Shown here one piece after another: positions 18,235 to 29,216 of a stretch of DNA of 64,000 nt. The first letter of the stretch is position 1. Each line of letters begins with the position of its first letter. The position numbers and the translations under genes are program-made. The notes beneath the pieces are model-generated. The model was not told where the DNA came from, searched no databases, and saw only the letters and a list, made by a program, of their open reading frames with translations. Origin of the DNA: a bacterium (lineage in GTDB: Bacteria > Hinthialibacterota > Hinthialibacteria > Hinthialibacterales > Hinthialibacteraceae); contig CAXXMV010000001.1 of assembly GCA_963662285.2 (NCBI GenBank), positions 704,001 to 768,000 of the forward strand. The letters are read 5' to 3'.

Positions 18235-18267
18235 GGTGGGCTACGCTTCGCTTTTAGCCCACCCTAC
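18235..18267 (-). repeat. GTAGGGTGG-type REP palindrome (family C)
   Basis: Reverse complement GTAGGGTGGGCTAAAAGCGAAGCGTAGCCCACC; related to 31457-31485 and 59346-59377. Confidence 0.8.
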
Positions 18268-18327
18268 GCGTAGGCGTGTTTAATCAAGGGCAAACAAAAC
18301 ACTGGTGATGGCTATTGGAGGAATACT

Positions 18328-19569
18328 ATGCAGTGGCGTGAATCAGCGAATTTGAGTTTGACTATCCGGGGAATTTTCTTTGCATTTCTTTCAGGAGTAT
18401 TATTAATGACTACATCCAGCGGCGCCGCCGAACTTACAGTTAATGATTTTTCTTTTGATCAACCTCTTGGCTCAGCAGGAACCAGGATTGAACAAATCGC
18501 TGAAAACCACTTTCTGGTAAAACTGGGACATGCTCCCCAACATACTGATTGGAACAATAAACTGCAATTCAAAATTCTGCGCAACGCCAAAGGCAAGCAG
18601 TTGCGTCTGGATGTTGTCTTTGAAGGCGGCGATGCGTATATCTTCAATGAATACTATAATTCCTGGTCTTATGACGGAATCAACTGGACTCCCATACAGT
18701 GGCAAGAGCATAGCAAAGATTCCCAAAAAGGTGATACGCTATTTTTCCCTGTTTTTAATGAAGATGTGGTTTATGTAGGTCATCAAACGCCGATGTCTTA
18801 TGAAGATTCATGTTCATTGATCGAAGGTTGGCGCCAAAGCCCATACGTCAGCGTTCATCCTATTGGCGAATCACTCGGAGGCCGGATGATTCAACGGATT
18901 ACTATCACCGATCCCCGGAGTCCACATGATGCAGCATCCCGCTGGGTGCATTATTTCGCCAATCAACATCCCGGCGAGCATAACTCGCAATGGCGCATGG
19001 CCGGTATGGTGGATTGGCTGCTGAGCGACGAAGCGGTTGATGCGCGGAAACGTAGTATATGTCATTTCATAATGATGATGAGTCCTGATGGTCCATCAAA
19101 CGGGTGGTACCGGGTTAATGGTCAGGGAGTGGATATGAACCGCTCTTATAAAGTGGATGGCGCCGGTTCTGATAATCAGGCCCATGAAGCCGCATTGTGT
19201 CAAAAAGATTTGGAATCGCTGATGGCCTCGGATTCGCCCGTGGTTGATTTATGGAGTATGCACACCTGGGGAGGCATTGTAGAACCAATCGTGATCCCCG
19301 GACCGGAGATGGGCTCAGCTGTCGGCCCCTGGACCGACTTAAGGGACCTGATAGAGAGCAAAGACTCAGAGAACCTGGTTAAACCATTGGCTGAGAGTAC
19401 AGCCCAAAGAACGCCCAGCCATTGGACCTGCGGCCCTCACCTGCAATTTGGTATAACCGCTGTTTTATGCGAAGGCGGCGGCGCGATTTATACCAAGGAA
19501 GAGCATATAAAATCCGGCGTCGCCTTGATACGCGGGGTGATTGAGTATTATAAGGGCGTTAAACAGTAG
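18328..19569 (+). CDS. Secreted M14-family zinc carboxypeptidase
   Basis: HPGE zinc motif, PDG...R.N..GVDMNR, SMH, candidate catalytic E near the C-terminus; signal peptide. Confidence 0.85.
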   Translation: MQWRESANLSLTIRGIFFAFLSGVLLMTTSSGAAELTVNDFSFDQPLGSAGTRIEQIAENHFLVKLGHAPQHTDWNNKLQFKILRNAKGKQLRLDVVFEGGDAYIFNEYYNSWSYDGINWTPIQWQEHSKDSQKGDTLFFPVFNEDVVYVGHQTPMSYEDSCSLIEGWRQSPYVSVHPIGESLGGRMIQRITITDPRSPHDAASRWVHYFANQHPGEHNSQWRMAGMVDWLLSDEAVDARKRSICHFIMMMSPDGPSNGWYRVNGQGVDMNRSYKVDGAGSDNQAHEAALCQKDLESLMASDSPVVDLWSMHTWGGIVEPIVIPGPEMGSAVGPWTDLRDLIESKDSENLVKPLAESTAQRTPSHWTCGPHLQFGITAVLCEGGGAIYTKEEHIKSGVALIRGVIEYYKGVKQ

Positions 19570-19589
19570 GGGATAACGTCAAGCAGTTG

Positions 19590-20468
19590 CTACCGCTTTT
19601 TGACAGGGTAAATCATTCGAGACGAAACAGTCATGGTTCGTGGTTTAGTAACAGGATTAATGACGGTTTCTAGTTTTGCTATTACTTTTTCGAGGATGGC
19701 AATCAACTTATACAAATTATCGTAATCCACCCGTCTTTTATTTAGTTGTTTATCCAATGAATGCATAACATTCTCGAAGGCGACAACATCCATAGGGTCT
19801 ATGTCGTCGGGAACATTGATCTGGTTATCTTTGATAATAGAGAAAGCCCATTCGATAGCCCGCACCGCAGAAGACTCAGGTTTAATTTTTTTATCTTTAA
19901 ACTTGCTGCAAAAGAACTGCTGCACAGATGAAGAGAATTGATCGCCTAAATACACTTCACACTTAAAAATATCTTTCTGGGCTATTAGTTGTCCAACCAC
20001 GGATTGTAGAAAAACCATTAACAATTCATTAATAACAGACCTTTCCGGAGTAGCATCACCTTTTAGTAGTGCGGCGAATTGCTGTTTGGCCTGATATAAC
20101 GCCAGCCCATGCCGGGAGCAGATATCCATCTGCTCTTTCAAATATTGCGCATTGTCTTTATTGTCTTGCTGGGTAAAATCGGTAAACCGTGACATAGAGA
20201 GCCACTGAATATATTGAGTTGAACTTTGAATCGAAGTTTGACATGCGGCGTAACGCTCATCCTCTTTCTTCGCTAGTTCATCTAAATTATCACGGTCGCC
20301 TTCATCATCAACTACCTGCTGCATTGTATTCTGAATAGAATCCGAGATTATATTACCCTGAGCGGTTGACTCGAAAACATCATGAGACGCTATGTAAGGA
20401 TTCTCTTCTACATAGTGATTAACAATGCTCTCTTTAACCTTATTAGCTGCATATACATGAACACGCAT
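19590..20468 (-). CDS. Hypothetical protein
   Basis: 292-aa ORF filling the gap between two + strand genes; no recognisable motif. Confidence 0.7.
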   Translation of the reverse strand: MRVHVYAANKVKESIVNHYVEENPYIASHDVFESTAQGNIISDSIQNTMQQVVDDEGDRDNLDELAKKEDERYAACQTSIQSSTQYIQWLSMSRFTDFTQQDNKDNAQYLKEQMDICSRHGLALYQAKQQFAALLKGDATPERSVINELLMVFLQSVVGQLIAQKDIFKCEVYLGDQFSSSVQQFFCSKFKDKKIKPESSAVRAIEWAFSIIKDNQINVPDDIDPMDVVAFENVMHSLDKQLNKRRVDYDNLYKLIAILEKVIAKLETVINPVTKPRTMTVSSRMIYPVKKR

Positions 20469-20697
20469 TTAAGTTCTTTCTAAAATAATAAGAAAACCTG
20501 AATGATAATTGATATGATGGTTCATACTAAACCTATAAAGAAAAATATTCAATAAAAGCACAACCATCTAAACATATTAACTTATAGAATAAACCATGAT
20601 CCTTCATGATCCATCTTGCAAATAACGGTAAACATATAGAATATGTATTCAGACTTTACTTTTCAATAAATGATGAGTCGGCCTTAAAGACTAAACA

Positions 20698-22113
20698 ATG
20701 GGAGAATACGCTGTGACGCAAAAAAACCGACGAGAATTTTTATCACTAGCCGCAGGCGCCACCGCTGGAATTATGACTACAGGTTGCATTCATACTCCCG
20801 CCATCAAAAAAGGCGCCTCATCAAAACAACGCCCCAATATTCTCGTAATTCTGGTAGATGATCTGGGATATGGTGATTTAAGCGCATACGGCGCCCCGGA
20901 TTTAAAGACGCCCTACATTGATCAGTTAATCGCTGAGGGTATGCGATTTAATTATTTTTACGCCAACTGCCCGGTATGTTCGCCGACCCGCGCTTCACTC
21001 TTGAGCGGTAAATATCCTCACAAGGTCGGTGTCCCCGGCGTAATCAGGACTCATGCAGAGGATTCCTGGGGATATCTTGATCCTAATAGCGAGTTGATAC
21101 AGGAGACGCTGCAATCAGCTGACTACACAACTGCCTTGATAGGTAAATGGCATTTAGGCCTAGAAAAGCCGAACACGCCCAATAATAGAGGCTTCGATCA
21201 TTTCCATGGCTTCCTGGGCGATATGATGGACGACTATTTCACTCACCGGCGCCATGGCATCAACTACATGCGCCTTAATGATAAAGAGATTGATCCCAAA
21301 GGTCATGCGACTGATCTGTTCACCAAGTGGAGTTGCGATTTCCTACGCCAGCAAAGCAACGCAGAAAAACCCTTCTTTATGTACCTGGCTTACAACGCTC
21401 CACACAGCCCGATTCAACCGCGTGAAGACTGGCTTAAGCGAATCCAAGAACGTGAGCCGAATCTTGATCCACAACGAGCCAAGTTCGGCGCTTTAACCGA
21501 GCATCTGGACGATGGCATCGGCCAAGTTATGCGATGCCTCAAAGAGATCGGGCTAGACGACAATACTCTGGTTATCTTTTCAAGCGATAATGGCGGAAAA
21601 ATACATTATGGCGCCAGCAACTATCCACTGCGCGGTGAAAAGGGCAATCTCTATGAAGGCGGCATCCGAGTGCCAACCGCCGCGCGATGGCCGGGCAGGA
21701 TATGCCCCGGTTCCTGCTCTGAGCGAATCGGACTAACTATGGATATCATGCCCACCATTCTTGAGGCGGCGGGCGTTAAGTTAAAAAAGGAAATCGACGG
21801 AGTCAGTTTTTTGCCGACCCTCAGGGGATGTTATCAACCTGAAGAGATACGTGATATTTTCTTCATCCGGCGTGAAGGCGGCGCCTATAAAGGCGGGACA
21901 GTCGAGGCCATTCGCCGGGGCGACTGGAAAATCATGCGCCCCATGCCGGGCCAGCCGCTTGAGTTATATGACCTGAGCAGTGACCCGCGTGAATATATGA
22001 ATAAAGCGACAGTTGATGTAAGGAAATATATCGAGCTTAGTAAACGGCTTCATGCTGAGATGGAGACATATAATGACACTCCCTGGCAGCCGACTGACAG
22101 ATGGAAAAAATAA
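20698..22113 (+). CDS. Tat-exported arylsulfatase A-like sulfatase
   Basis: RREFL Tat motif, DDLGYGD, CSPTRASL, GKWHLG, SDNGG. Confidence 0.95.
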   Translation: MGEYAVTQKNRREFLSLAAGATAGIMTTGCIHTPAIKKGASSKQRPNILVILVDDLGYGDLSAYGAPDLKTPYIDQLIAEGMRFNYFYANCPVCSPTRASLLSGKYPHKVGVPGVIRTHAEDSWGYLDPNSELIQETLQSADYTTALIGKWHLGLEKPNTPNNRGFDHFHGFLGDMMDDYFTHRRHGINYMRLNDKEIDPKGHATDLFTKWSCDFLRQQSNAEKPFFMYLAYNAPHSPIQPREDWLKRIQEREPNLDPQRAKFGALTEHLDDGIGQVMRCLKEIGLDDNTLVIFSSDNGGKIHYGASNYPLRGEKGNLYEGGIRVPTAARWPGRICPGSCSERIGLTMDIMPTILEAAGVKLKKEIDGVSFLPTLRGCYQPEEIRDIFFIRREGGAYKGGTVEAIRRGDWKIMRPMPGQPLELYDLSSDPREYMNKATVDVRKYIELSKRLHAEMETYNDTPWQPTDRWKK

Positions 22114-22176
22114 TTGCCGCCTGAAGATTAAGAATAATACAAGCAAAATATCGAACCGCTCATCGAGTAAAATAAT

Positions 22177-23337
22177 ATGAGAGAGAAATACCTGGTTTTT
22201 GGCGCGCCTGAGATTACCAGCGCGGATATCAAAAAAGTTACAGCCGCCCTCGAAAGCGGTTGGATCGGCACAGGTCCACAGACCGCAGCTTTGGAACGTA
22301 CATTCTGCGAATACAAAAAGGTCCCTTTCGGAGCTGCGCTCAGTTCGTGTACTGCAGCGCTGCACCTGAGCATGATGGCCCTGGGAGTAAAAGCAGGCGA
22401 CGAAGTTATCACCAGCCCGATGACTTTCTGCGCTACAGCTAACGCTATCGTTCACACCGGCGCCCGGCCCGTCTTCGCTGACATTGATCCATTGACAGGC
22501 CTGATTGATCCTGAGGATATCACCAGACGCATCACGCCGCGCACCAAGGCTATATTGCCCATCCACCTGTGCGGACGACCATGCCCTATGGATGCTATCG
22601 TGGATATCGCTCAAAAACATAAACTGCAAATTATTGAAGACTGCGCCCACGCCATAGAGACCACCTATCACGGACGCCATGCTGGATCATTCGGCGCCGG
22701 GGGCTGCTTCAGTTTTTACGTCACCAAAAATATCACCTCTATCGAAGGAGGCATGCTGATCACGCGCAACCAGGAACTGGCTGATAAGGTCAAGACTCTA
22801 GCGCTGCATGGTATGACAGCTGATGCATGGCAGCGCTTCTCGGACAAGGGATATAAGCACTATGAAGTTGTGCAGCCCGGTTATAAGAATAACCTGTCTG
22901 ATGTCCAGGCGGCGCTGGCGTTGTCGCAAATGGAAAGGATTGAGACAAATCTCAAGCGGCGTGAAGCGATATGGCTCAGATATGACAAGGCTTTCTGCGA
23001 CCTGCCCTGCCTGATCCCTCCAGCGCAGCAAGCCAATACCCGACATGCGCGGCATCTTTATACTTTGCTATTGAAACTGGAAGAATTGAGCATCACCCGC
23101 GATAAATTCCTGGAAGAACTGCATAACAGAAATATCGGCGCCGGAGTTCATTACCGCTCGCTGCACCTGCATAAATATTACCGGGAGACATTTGATTATA
23201 ACGCTTATGATTTCCCCCATGCGCTATGGCATTCAGACAGGACGGTATCATTGCCCCTGTCTCCCGCTTTATCAGAACAGGACGCAATGGACGTTATTGA
23301 AACCGTAACGGATATATTAAATGAATTCAAACGATAG
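22177..23337 (+). CDS. DegT/DnrJ/EryC1/StrS PLP-dependent sugar aminotransferase (ArnB-like)
   Basis: SCTAALHL, IIEDCAHA, FSFYVTKNITSIEGGM. Confidence 0.93.
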   Translation: MREKYLVFGAPEITSADIKKVTAALESGWIGTGPQTAALERTFCEYKKVPFGAALSSCTAALHLSMMALGVKAGDEVITSPMTFCATANAIVHTGARPVFADIDPLTGLIDPEDITRRITPRTKAILPIHLCGRPCPMDAIVDIAQKHKLQIIEDCAHAIETTYHGRHAGSFGAGGCFSFYVTKNITSIEGGMLITRNQELADKVKTLALHGMTADAWQRFSDKGYKHYEVVQPGYKNNLSDVQAALALSQMERIETNLKRREAIWLRYDKAFCDLPCLIPPAQQANTRHARHLYTLLLKLEELSITRDKFLEELHNRNIGAGVHYRSLHLHKYYRETFDYNAYDFPHALWHSDRTVSLPLSPALSEQDAMDVIETVTDILNEFKR

Positions 23338-23521
23338 TTTTTTGCTATTATATTAACGTCACAACCAAAGGCATATAAAAAATATTCTTTTTTTTATATC
23401 AAATATTTTGAATGGTTTTCCTGTGATATAATTATAATATATTCCAAACCATTGAATTGGAATATATCGTTTATGAACATTTTATTCGTTTAGAAGACGC
23501 TCCAAGGACAATACGCCAAAT

Positions 23522-24547
23522 ATGAAAACGAACGAAGAAATTCTTAAAGAACCATATGTAATAGTCGCCGATTTGAGCGGCGCTCCATTACCGGCAACTC
23601 TAATCAAGATGGATAATACCCTCGCTAGTTTCACGGTTGACGGGTATTTGGATTTGAGTGATACCGTGCTCTGCTGTCCTCTTGACGAGGAATATTACTC
23701 CAGTCTTCCTCCACTCGAAGAAATACGCAATCACGCCCAACGTATAACGGGTAAGATCATTCGTATTGAGGGGAATGATAAATACACTATCCGCATAACC
23801 ACTCAATCAAATAAAACACAATCTGTTTTCAGTTCAGGAAGCACAGTTATCGAGAAAAACGAAGAAGATGATTACTCTGTCAAAGCAATACTACGGGGAA
23901 GCCCTAATCTGGATAAGTTCGTCCGTTTCCATGATCTCATCAAAGAATTATCCACCAGGCGATTGAATATCATAATTGATCTATCTGGAGTCGACCGATT
24001 ACCACAGACAGCGTCAGCCATATTTTCTGACTTAATAAATCAATTAACAAGCATAAAACGACGCATCGCTATAGTAAAAGGGGATATCATAGGCTCTCGT
24101 TTTATGGACGAGCAATCCCAAAATAAATATGTTCATCATTTCCGGACATCCGAAGATGCGACCAGATACTTTCAACGCTTCCCCATCAGCATCTTGGTTG
24201 TTGAAGATGATCCAACTACCCAGAAGACCATCAAAGAATTATTGAAAAAGCAAAAATACTATCCCATCATCGCCTCCAGCGGAGAAGAGGCGTTGCAAGA
24301 ATTGCAAGACCAGGATGTAAATCTAATCCTGATGGATTTTTACCTGCCGGGCATGAATGGCATGGAGACCGTGGATCAGATCAGAAAAATCAAAGCCCAT
24401 TCCGATACGCCCATCATTATGGTCACGGTGGAATCTAACCGTGAGATTGTAAAATCCGGGCTTGAACTGAAACTGAATGGCTATGTTCTTAAGCCTTACT
24501 TGCCGGATGTCCTGTTCCGGAAAATAATCGCCGCTTTGACCGATTAG
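23522..24547 (+). CDS. Response regulator with N-terminal unknown domain, STAS-like domain and C-terminal REC domain
   Basis: ILVVEDD, ILMD, IMVT, VLKP in the C-terminus; IIIDLSGVDRL STAS-like stretch. Confidence 0.82.
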   Translation: MKTNEEILKEPYVIVADLSGAPLPATLIKMDNTLASFTVDGYLDLSDTVLCCPLDEEYYSSLPPLEEIRNHAQRITGKIIRIEGNDKYTIRITTQSNKTQSVFSSGSTVIEKNEEDDYSVKAILRGSPNLDKFVRFHDLIKELSTRRLNIIIDLSGVDRLPQTASAIFSDLINQLTSIKRRIAIVKGDIIGSRFMDEQSQNKYVHHFRTSEDATRYFQRFPISILVVEDDPTTQKTIKELLKKQKYYPIIASSGEEALQELQDQDVNLILMDFYLPGMNGMETVDQIRKIKAHSDTPIIMVTVESNREIVKSGLELKLNGYVLKPYLPDVLFRKIIAALTD

Positions 24548-24561
24548 AACGGTTACAAGTA

Positions 24562-25311
24562 TCAATCGAGTATCAACCGTTCACGCTTGAAACGTCTGGT
24601 CAAGATTTTGATAAAGACCAGATCGACCAATAATATTGCACTCAATAAAACCACCAGAAACATATTCAATCCCAGGTTTTTCAACATCTCTTCGATAGGC
24701 TTCATACTTTGTTCGGGGATGTATTTTGAAACCAAAGGAACAACGAAGATTGGCAAAAACCAAATGCTCATCATGATCAGCCCGATGGCCTGCTGGGCCT
24801 GCTTCACCGTTGCCGCCCGCAGAGAAATGAAGATGCCGATACTGGTGGCGAAAACAGCAACCAGAATACTGGCGATCACATTAGCCGCCGCAATTGTAAG
24901 AGGAGGCAGGATCAGTTTTTCATCGCCATGAATAATATTTACGCTGATCAACATTAAGATAAAAATCAGCATTGACATGCCCCAGCCATAAAGCACAATG
25001 GTAGTTATTTTGCCAAAGAGAATTGCTTTATCCGGCAGACGCGTGGCCAGCATGGTTTCGAGAGTATGCCGTTCGCGCTCTCCGGCGAACGAATCGGCCA
25101 CGATTTGCATAACGATAAACAAGGGCATAAAAGAGAAAATGAACATAACGGCGGGAAATTTTTCTATGGAATCCCCCATTTGCAGCGGTATGAACACGCC
25201 GAAAATTCCAAAGAAAACCGCCAAGCCTATCCATTGAGCGCGGGTTCCAGCGATTATGTGAATCAGTTCGGTTGCTTCTTTCCAGACCACAGATTTGATA
25301 TCCTGAATCAT
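24562..25311 (-). CDS. ABC-2 type transporter permease
   Basis: DSFAGERERHTLETML motif; about six TM helices. Confidence 0.9.
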   Translation of the reverse strand: MIQDIKSVVWKEATELIHIIAGTRAQWIGLAVFFGIFGVFIPLQMGDSIEKFPAVMFIFSFMPLFIVMQIVADSFAGERERHTLETMLATRLPDKAILFGKITTIVLYGWGMSMLIFILMLISVNIIHGDEKLILPPLTIAAANVIASILVAVFATSIGIFISLRAATVKQAQQAIGLIMMSIWFLPIFVVPLVSKYIPEQSMKPIEEMLKNLGLNMFLVVLLSAILLVDLVFIKILTRRFKRERLILD

Positions 25312-26240
25312 TGGTTGTCCTCCATCAGCGCCAGGTAAGCGTCTTCCAGGCTGGAACTGCCCTTGCGGATTTCTTCTATCTCCGCGCCTTGCTCGATCAT
25401 CAACCGAACCAGCGGCGCCATGCGGGAGTCAGGGTTCAACTGAAGCGTCAGGCAACCCTCTTTTACTGAAGCGCTTTGCACTTCGTTGAGGTCATGCAGG
25501 CTGGCTAATAAACCGTCAGAAAAGTTATCGCCGAACACTTCGACCTGCGCCGATCCGGTTGATGCGCGTAGTTGGTCGGGACGTCCCATCGCGATCAGTT
25601 TACCTTTGCGAATAACGCCCACCTGGGAACATAATTTTTCCGCTTCGGCCAGATTATGAGTAGTTATAAATACCGTCACGCCTTCCTGCGAGGTGAGGGT
25701 CAAAAGGTCTTCGCGCAGTGCGGCGGCGGCTTCCGGGTCGAACCCGGCGGTTGGTTCATCAAGAAAGAGCAGCGCGGGACGATGAAACAGGGCGCGGGCG
25801 ACCGCCAGCTTTTGCTTCATACCCCGGCTCCATGTTCCAACCCGTTCTTTGCGCCGATCCCATACATCCAACTGAGTAAGCAACTCTTTGATGCGAGATT
25901 GGCGTTCAGCGCTAGACATGCAGTAGATGCGCCCCATGAACTCCAGGTTCTGCTCAGCGGTCATGCGTTCGTATAATCCGGTATGCTCCAGAAGAGCGCC
26001 GGTGTTTTGACGAACCATATCCGGCTGAGTCTTGACATCGACTCCCATGACATTGGCATTACCAGCCGTCGGCGCCAGAAGCCCCAATAAGAGCCGTATA
26101 GTAGTCGTTTTGCCTGCGCCATTAGGTCCGAGAAAGCCGAACACGCTGCCAGCGGGGATTTCCATTGTAAGGCCATCCACAGCGCGTATGGTTGCAAAAT
26201 CAATCGTCAATCCATCCGTTCTAATCGCGTATTCGCTCAT
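25308..26240 (-). CDS. ABC-2 type transporter ATP-binding protein
   Basis: GPNGAGKT, WSRGMKQ, LFLDEPT, TTH; overlaps the permease start. Confidence 0.94.
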   Translation of the reverse strand: MSEYAIRTDGLTIDFATIRAVDGLTMEIPAGSVFGFLGPNGAGKTTTIRLLLGLLAPTAGNANVMGVDVKTQPDMVRQNTGALLEHTGLYERMTAEQNLEFMGRIYCMSSAERQSRIKELLTQLDVWDRRKERVGTWSRGMKQKLAVARALFHRPALLFLDEPTAGFDPEAAAALREDLLTLTSQEGVTVFITTHNLAEAEKLCSQVGVIRKGKLIAMGRPDQLRASTGSAQVEVFGDNFSDGLLASLHDLNEVQSASVKEGCLTLQLNPDSRMAPLVRLMIEQGAEIEEIRKGSSSLEDAYLALMEDNQ

Positions 26241-26320
26241 TCAACTCTCCATTTTTTATTAAAAAAACACAAGAGGATCATCATATATAAAGACGTTCAG
26301 TATTCAGAAAAGATTCAAAA

Positions 26321-28996
26321 TTATTCTTTAGCCTCAGAGACCAGTTCGGCGAGAATATGCAGCGCATCGATTGGAGTAAGGGTATCGGGATCAATATCAG
26401 CCAGCCGGGCGCGCAGGGGTTCATCCATCATACTGAAAAGCGATACCTGATAATCGGCATCTTTTTTTTGCGCCTGTTGAGCGCCGAGATGCTCGCCCCG
26501 TTCCAGGCGGCACAGTATCTTGCGGGCGCGGGCGGTGACCCGTTTAGGCACCCCGGCCAGATCGGCGACGTGGATGCCATAGGAATGATCGGTGTAGCCC
26601 CGGCCAATGCGGTAGAGGAATTTCACCTTGCCATTCTCTTCGCTGATCTGGACATGGTAATTAACCACCCGTTTATGGGTTTCCTCTAACGCGGCCAGTT
26701 CGTGGTAGTGAGTGGCGAACAGGGTTTTGACGCCCTTGCCGCGCAGACCGTGTAGATACTCGACGATAGCCCAGGCTAACGAGACGCCGTCAAAGGTGCT
26801 GGTGCCGCGTCCGATTTCATCCAGGATAACCAGGCTCTTAGGCGTAGCGTTGGTGAGAATATGGGCGGCTTCGCTCATTTCAACCATAAAGGTTGAGCGC
26901 CCACGCGACAGATCATCCGAAGCGCCAACGCGGCTGAATAGACGGTCAACCACCCCGATGTTGGCGGCGCAGGCCGGGACGAACGAACCAGTCTGCGCCA
27001 TAAGCACAATCAAAGCCACCTGACGGATATAAGTAGATTTACCCGCCATATTCGGCCCGGTTATGATGAAAACCTGTTGGCTCTGCTGATCGAGTTTGCA
27101 ATCGTTGGGCACGAACTGATCCACTACCGGAGCGCATTCCAGCACCGGATGGCGGCCATCATGAATTTCGAGCGCCCCGTCTTCACTGATTTCCGGGCAA
27201 ACATACCCGTGACGTGAAGCCGCTTCGGCCAGGCTTTGAAACACGTCCAGCCGGGCGAGAATATGGGCGACGTTTTTTAACCGGGCGCCGTATCCCCGCA
27301 CGGCTTCAAGTAAGGTTTGCAGCGCTTTGAATTCCAGATCGTTGATGCGCTCTTCGGCGTTTAGCACCTTGGCTTCAAACTCTTTCAGTTCTGGAGTAAT
27401 AAAGCGCTCGGCGTTGGTCAGGGTTTGCTTGCGGATATAAGACTCCGGCGTTTTATCAGTGTAGGATTGAGTAATCTCGATGTAATAACCGAAGACCCGG
27501 TTATAGGCCACCTTTAGATTGGGGATGCCAGTGCGGACGCGTTCTTCTTCCTGCAGCCGCGCTATGAATCCCTTGCCCTCGCGGCGGATGATGCGCAACT
27601 CGTCCAGCGCTTCATCATAACCATCGCGGATCATACCGCCGTCGCGCACGGTCAGAGGCGGTTCATCGACCAGAGCGGCGGCCAATAATTCGCGCACCTC
27701 CATCACTGGATCAATTAATTCACCGGTTGGAGAGACTGTTTCAGATTTCTCTCCAGACTCATCATCACGCGACAGGGCGCGGCGAATCAACGCGGCTTCT
27801 CCGGCGCCGTTCAGCAGCGTATTCAAGACGGGCAGTTGATCTAAAGATTCGCGCATCCCCACCAGGTCGCGGGCGTTGGCGTTGCCGAATGTCACCCGGC
27901 CTAACAGGCGTTCCATGTCATGTATCGAACGCAGCGTTTTACGTAAGTCATCGCGCAGGTTGGGCTGATCAAAGAACAGGCGCACTATGGATTGGCGTAG
28001 TTGTATCTTTTTTGCGTCAATCAGAGGCCTTAGAAGCCATTGCTTTAGTAGGCGGCCTCCCATTGAAGTTGCGGTTAAATCCAGGACTCCGAGCAGCGAG
28101 AATTTTTTGCCGCCATCTCCGGCGCTGGTTAAAAGTTCCAGGTTGCGTTCGGTATTTTTATCCACAATCATGAAGGCGCTGCGACGGTAGAGATGCAGCA
28201 ACTCCATATAGGCTAGGGTTTCCTGCTGATGAGAATCCAGATAAGCCAACAAGGCGCCCGCCGCACTGAGGTAGAGGTCGCGGTCGGCGTTGGGGCGCTT
28301 GATATCTTCAGAGACAAGCAGTTCTACCTTATGCTTTTCGAATGACTCTATAGAAAAATCTTCGCCGGGGATGCCAGTGATCATGCAATCGGCGTGCGAT
28401 TGAATTTGTTTGCGGAATTCCTCATCCTGACTGACCGATTGATCAACCAGGATTTCGCTGGGATTAATAGTCCCTAGTTCAGCCAGGATCGAACGCCATC
28501 CATCGGCGCCATTTTCCCAGGTTGCGCGAAACTCGCCAGTGGTTACATCGACGCAAGCCAATCCCCAGCCCGCCATATTGCCGTCAAACAGCGCCGCGAG
28601 GTAATTATTATCTTTACTTTCAATGACGTCTGAATCGATAATGGTTCCCGGAGAGACGGTGCGCACCAACTCGCGGTGGACAATTTTCTTGCCTTTTTGC
28701 GGCTCTTCCATCTGCTCGCAAACCGCCACGCGGCATCCCTTGCGGGTCAGGCGGTAGATATAAGTCTGGGCGGCGTGGAATGGGATGCCAGCCAGGGGAA
28801 CGGTTTTATTATTGCCGACAGCCTTGCGGGTAAGAGCGATATCAAGCAAGGCCGACGCTTTGACGGCGTCATCCATGAACATTTCATAGAAATCGCCGCA
28901 ACGGAAAAATAGAATAGCATCACCACACTGCTCTTTCATGGTGAGATACTGCTGCATCATGGGAGAATAATTTTCGGTTTCCTTACAATCACTCAT
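26321..28996 (-). CDS. mutS: DNA mismatch repair protein MutS
   Basis: PMMQQY, GDFYEMF, TGPNMAGKSTY, STFMVEM, DEIGRGTST, FATHYHEL. Confidence 0.98.
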   Translation of the reverse strand: MSDCKETENYSPMMQQYLTMKEQCGDAILFFRCGDFYEMFMDDAVKASALLDIALTRKAVGNNKTVPLAGIPFHAAQTYIYRLTRKGCRVAVCEQMEEPQKGKKIVHRELVRTVSPGTIIDSDVIESKDNNYLAALFDGNMAGWGLACVDVTTGEFRATWENGADGWRSILAELGTINPSEILVDQSVSQDEEFRKQIQSHADCMITGIPGEDFSIESFEKHKVELLVSEDIKRPNADRDLYLSAAGALLAYLDSHQQETLAYMELLHLYRRSAFMIVDKNTERNLELLTSAGDGGKKFSLLGVLDLTATSMGGRLLKQWLLRPLIDAKKIQLRQSIVRLFFDQPNLRDDLRKTLRSIHDMERLLGRVTFGNANARDLVGMRESLDQLPVLNTLLNGAGEAALIRRALSRDDESGEKSETVSPTGELIDPVMEVRELLAAALVDEPPLTVRDGGMIRDGYDEALDELRIIRREGKGFIARLQEEERVRTGIPNLKVAYNRVFGYYIEITQSYTDKTPESYIRKQTLTNAERFITPELKEFEAKVLNAEERINDLEFKALQTLLEAVRGYGARLKNVAHILARLDVFQSLAEAASRHGYVCPEISEDGALEIHDGRHPVLECAPVVDQFVPNDCKLDQQSQQVFIITGPNMAGKSTYIRQVALIVLMAQTGSFVPACAANIGVVDRLFSRVGASDDLSRGRSTFMVEMSEAAHILTNATPKSLVILDEIGRGTSTFDGVSLAWAIVEYLHGLRGKGVKTLFATHYHELAALEETHKRVVNYHVQISEENGKVKFLYRIGRGYTDHSYGIHVADLAGVPKRVTARARKILCRLERGEHLGAQQAQKKDADYQVSLFSMMDEPLRARLADIDPDTLTPIDALHILAELVSEAKE

Positions 28997-29216
28997 TCGT
29001 TTTCATCATCCTGTTACCACAGTTATCGGGCAATACTTAATTCACGTTCATTCAACAACCACAATAATTCACTCCTGGCTCAAACTAAAATCCAGTATAA
29101 TCCTATAAGATTATAGCAAGCTGCCGCTATGGTGAATACTTATCAACGGTATGATAGATTTTCACCTAAGCTTTATGCATAATATATGCATATTCAGATT
29201 CAAGGAGAGAGATGCA

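Noticed and set aside
21964-22680. 238-aa minus-strand ORF, and similar long antisense ORFs (44785-45471, 49957-50622, 54415-54981)
   Set aside because: Shadow frames of well-supported genes on the opposite strand
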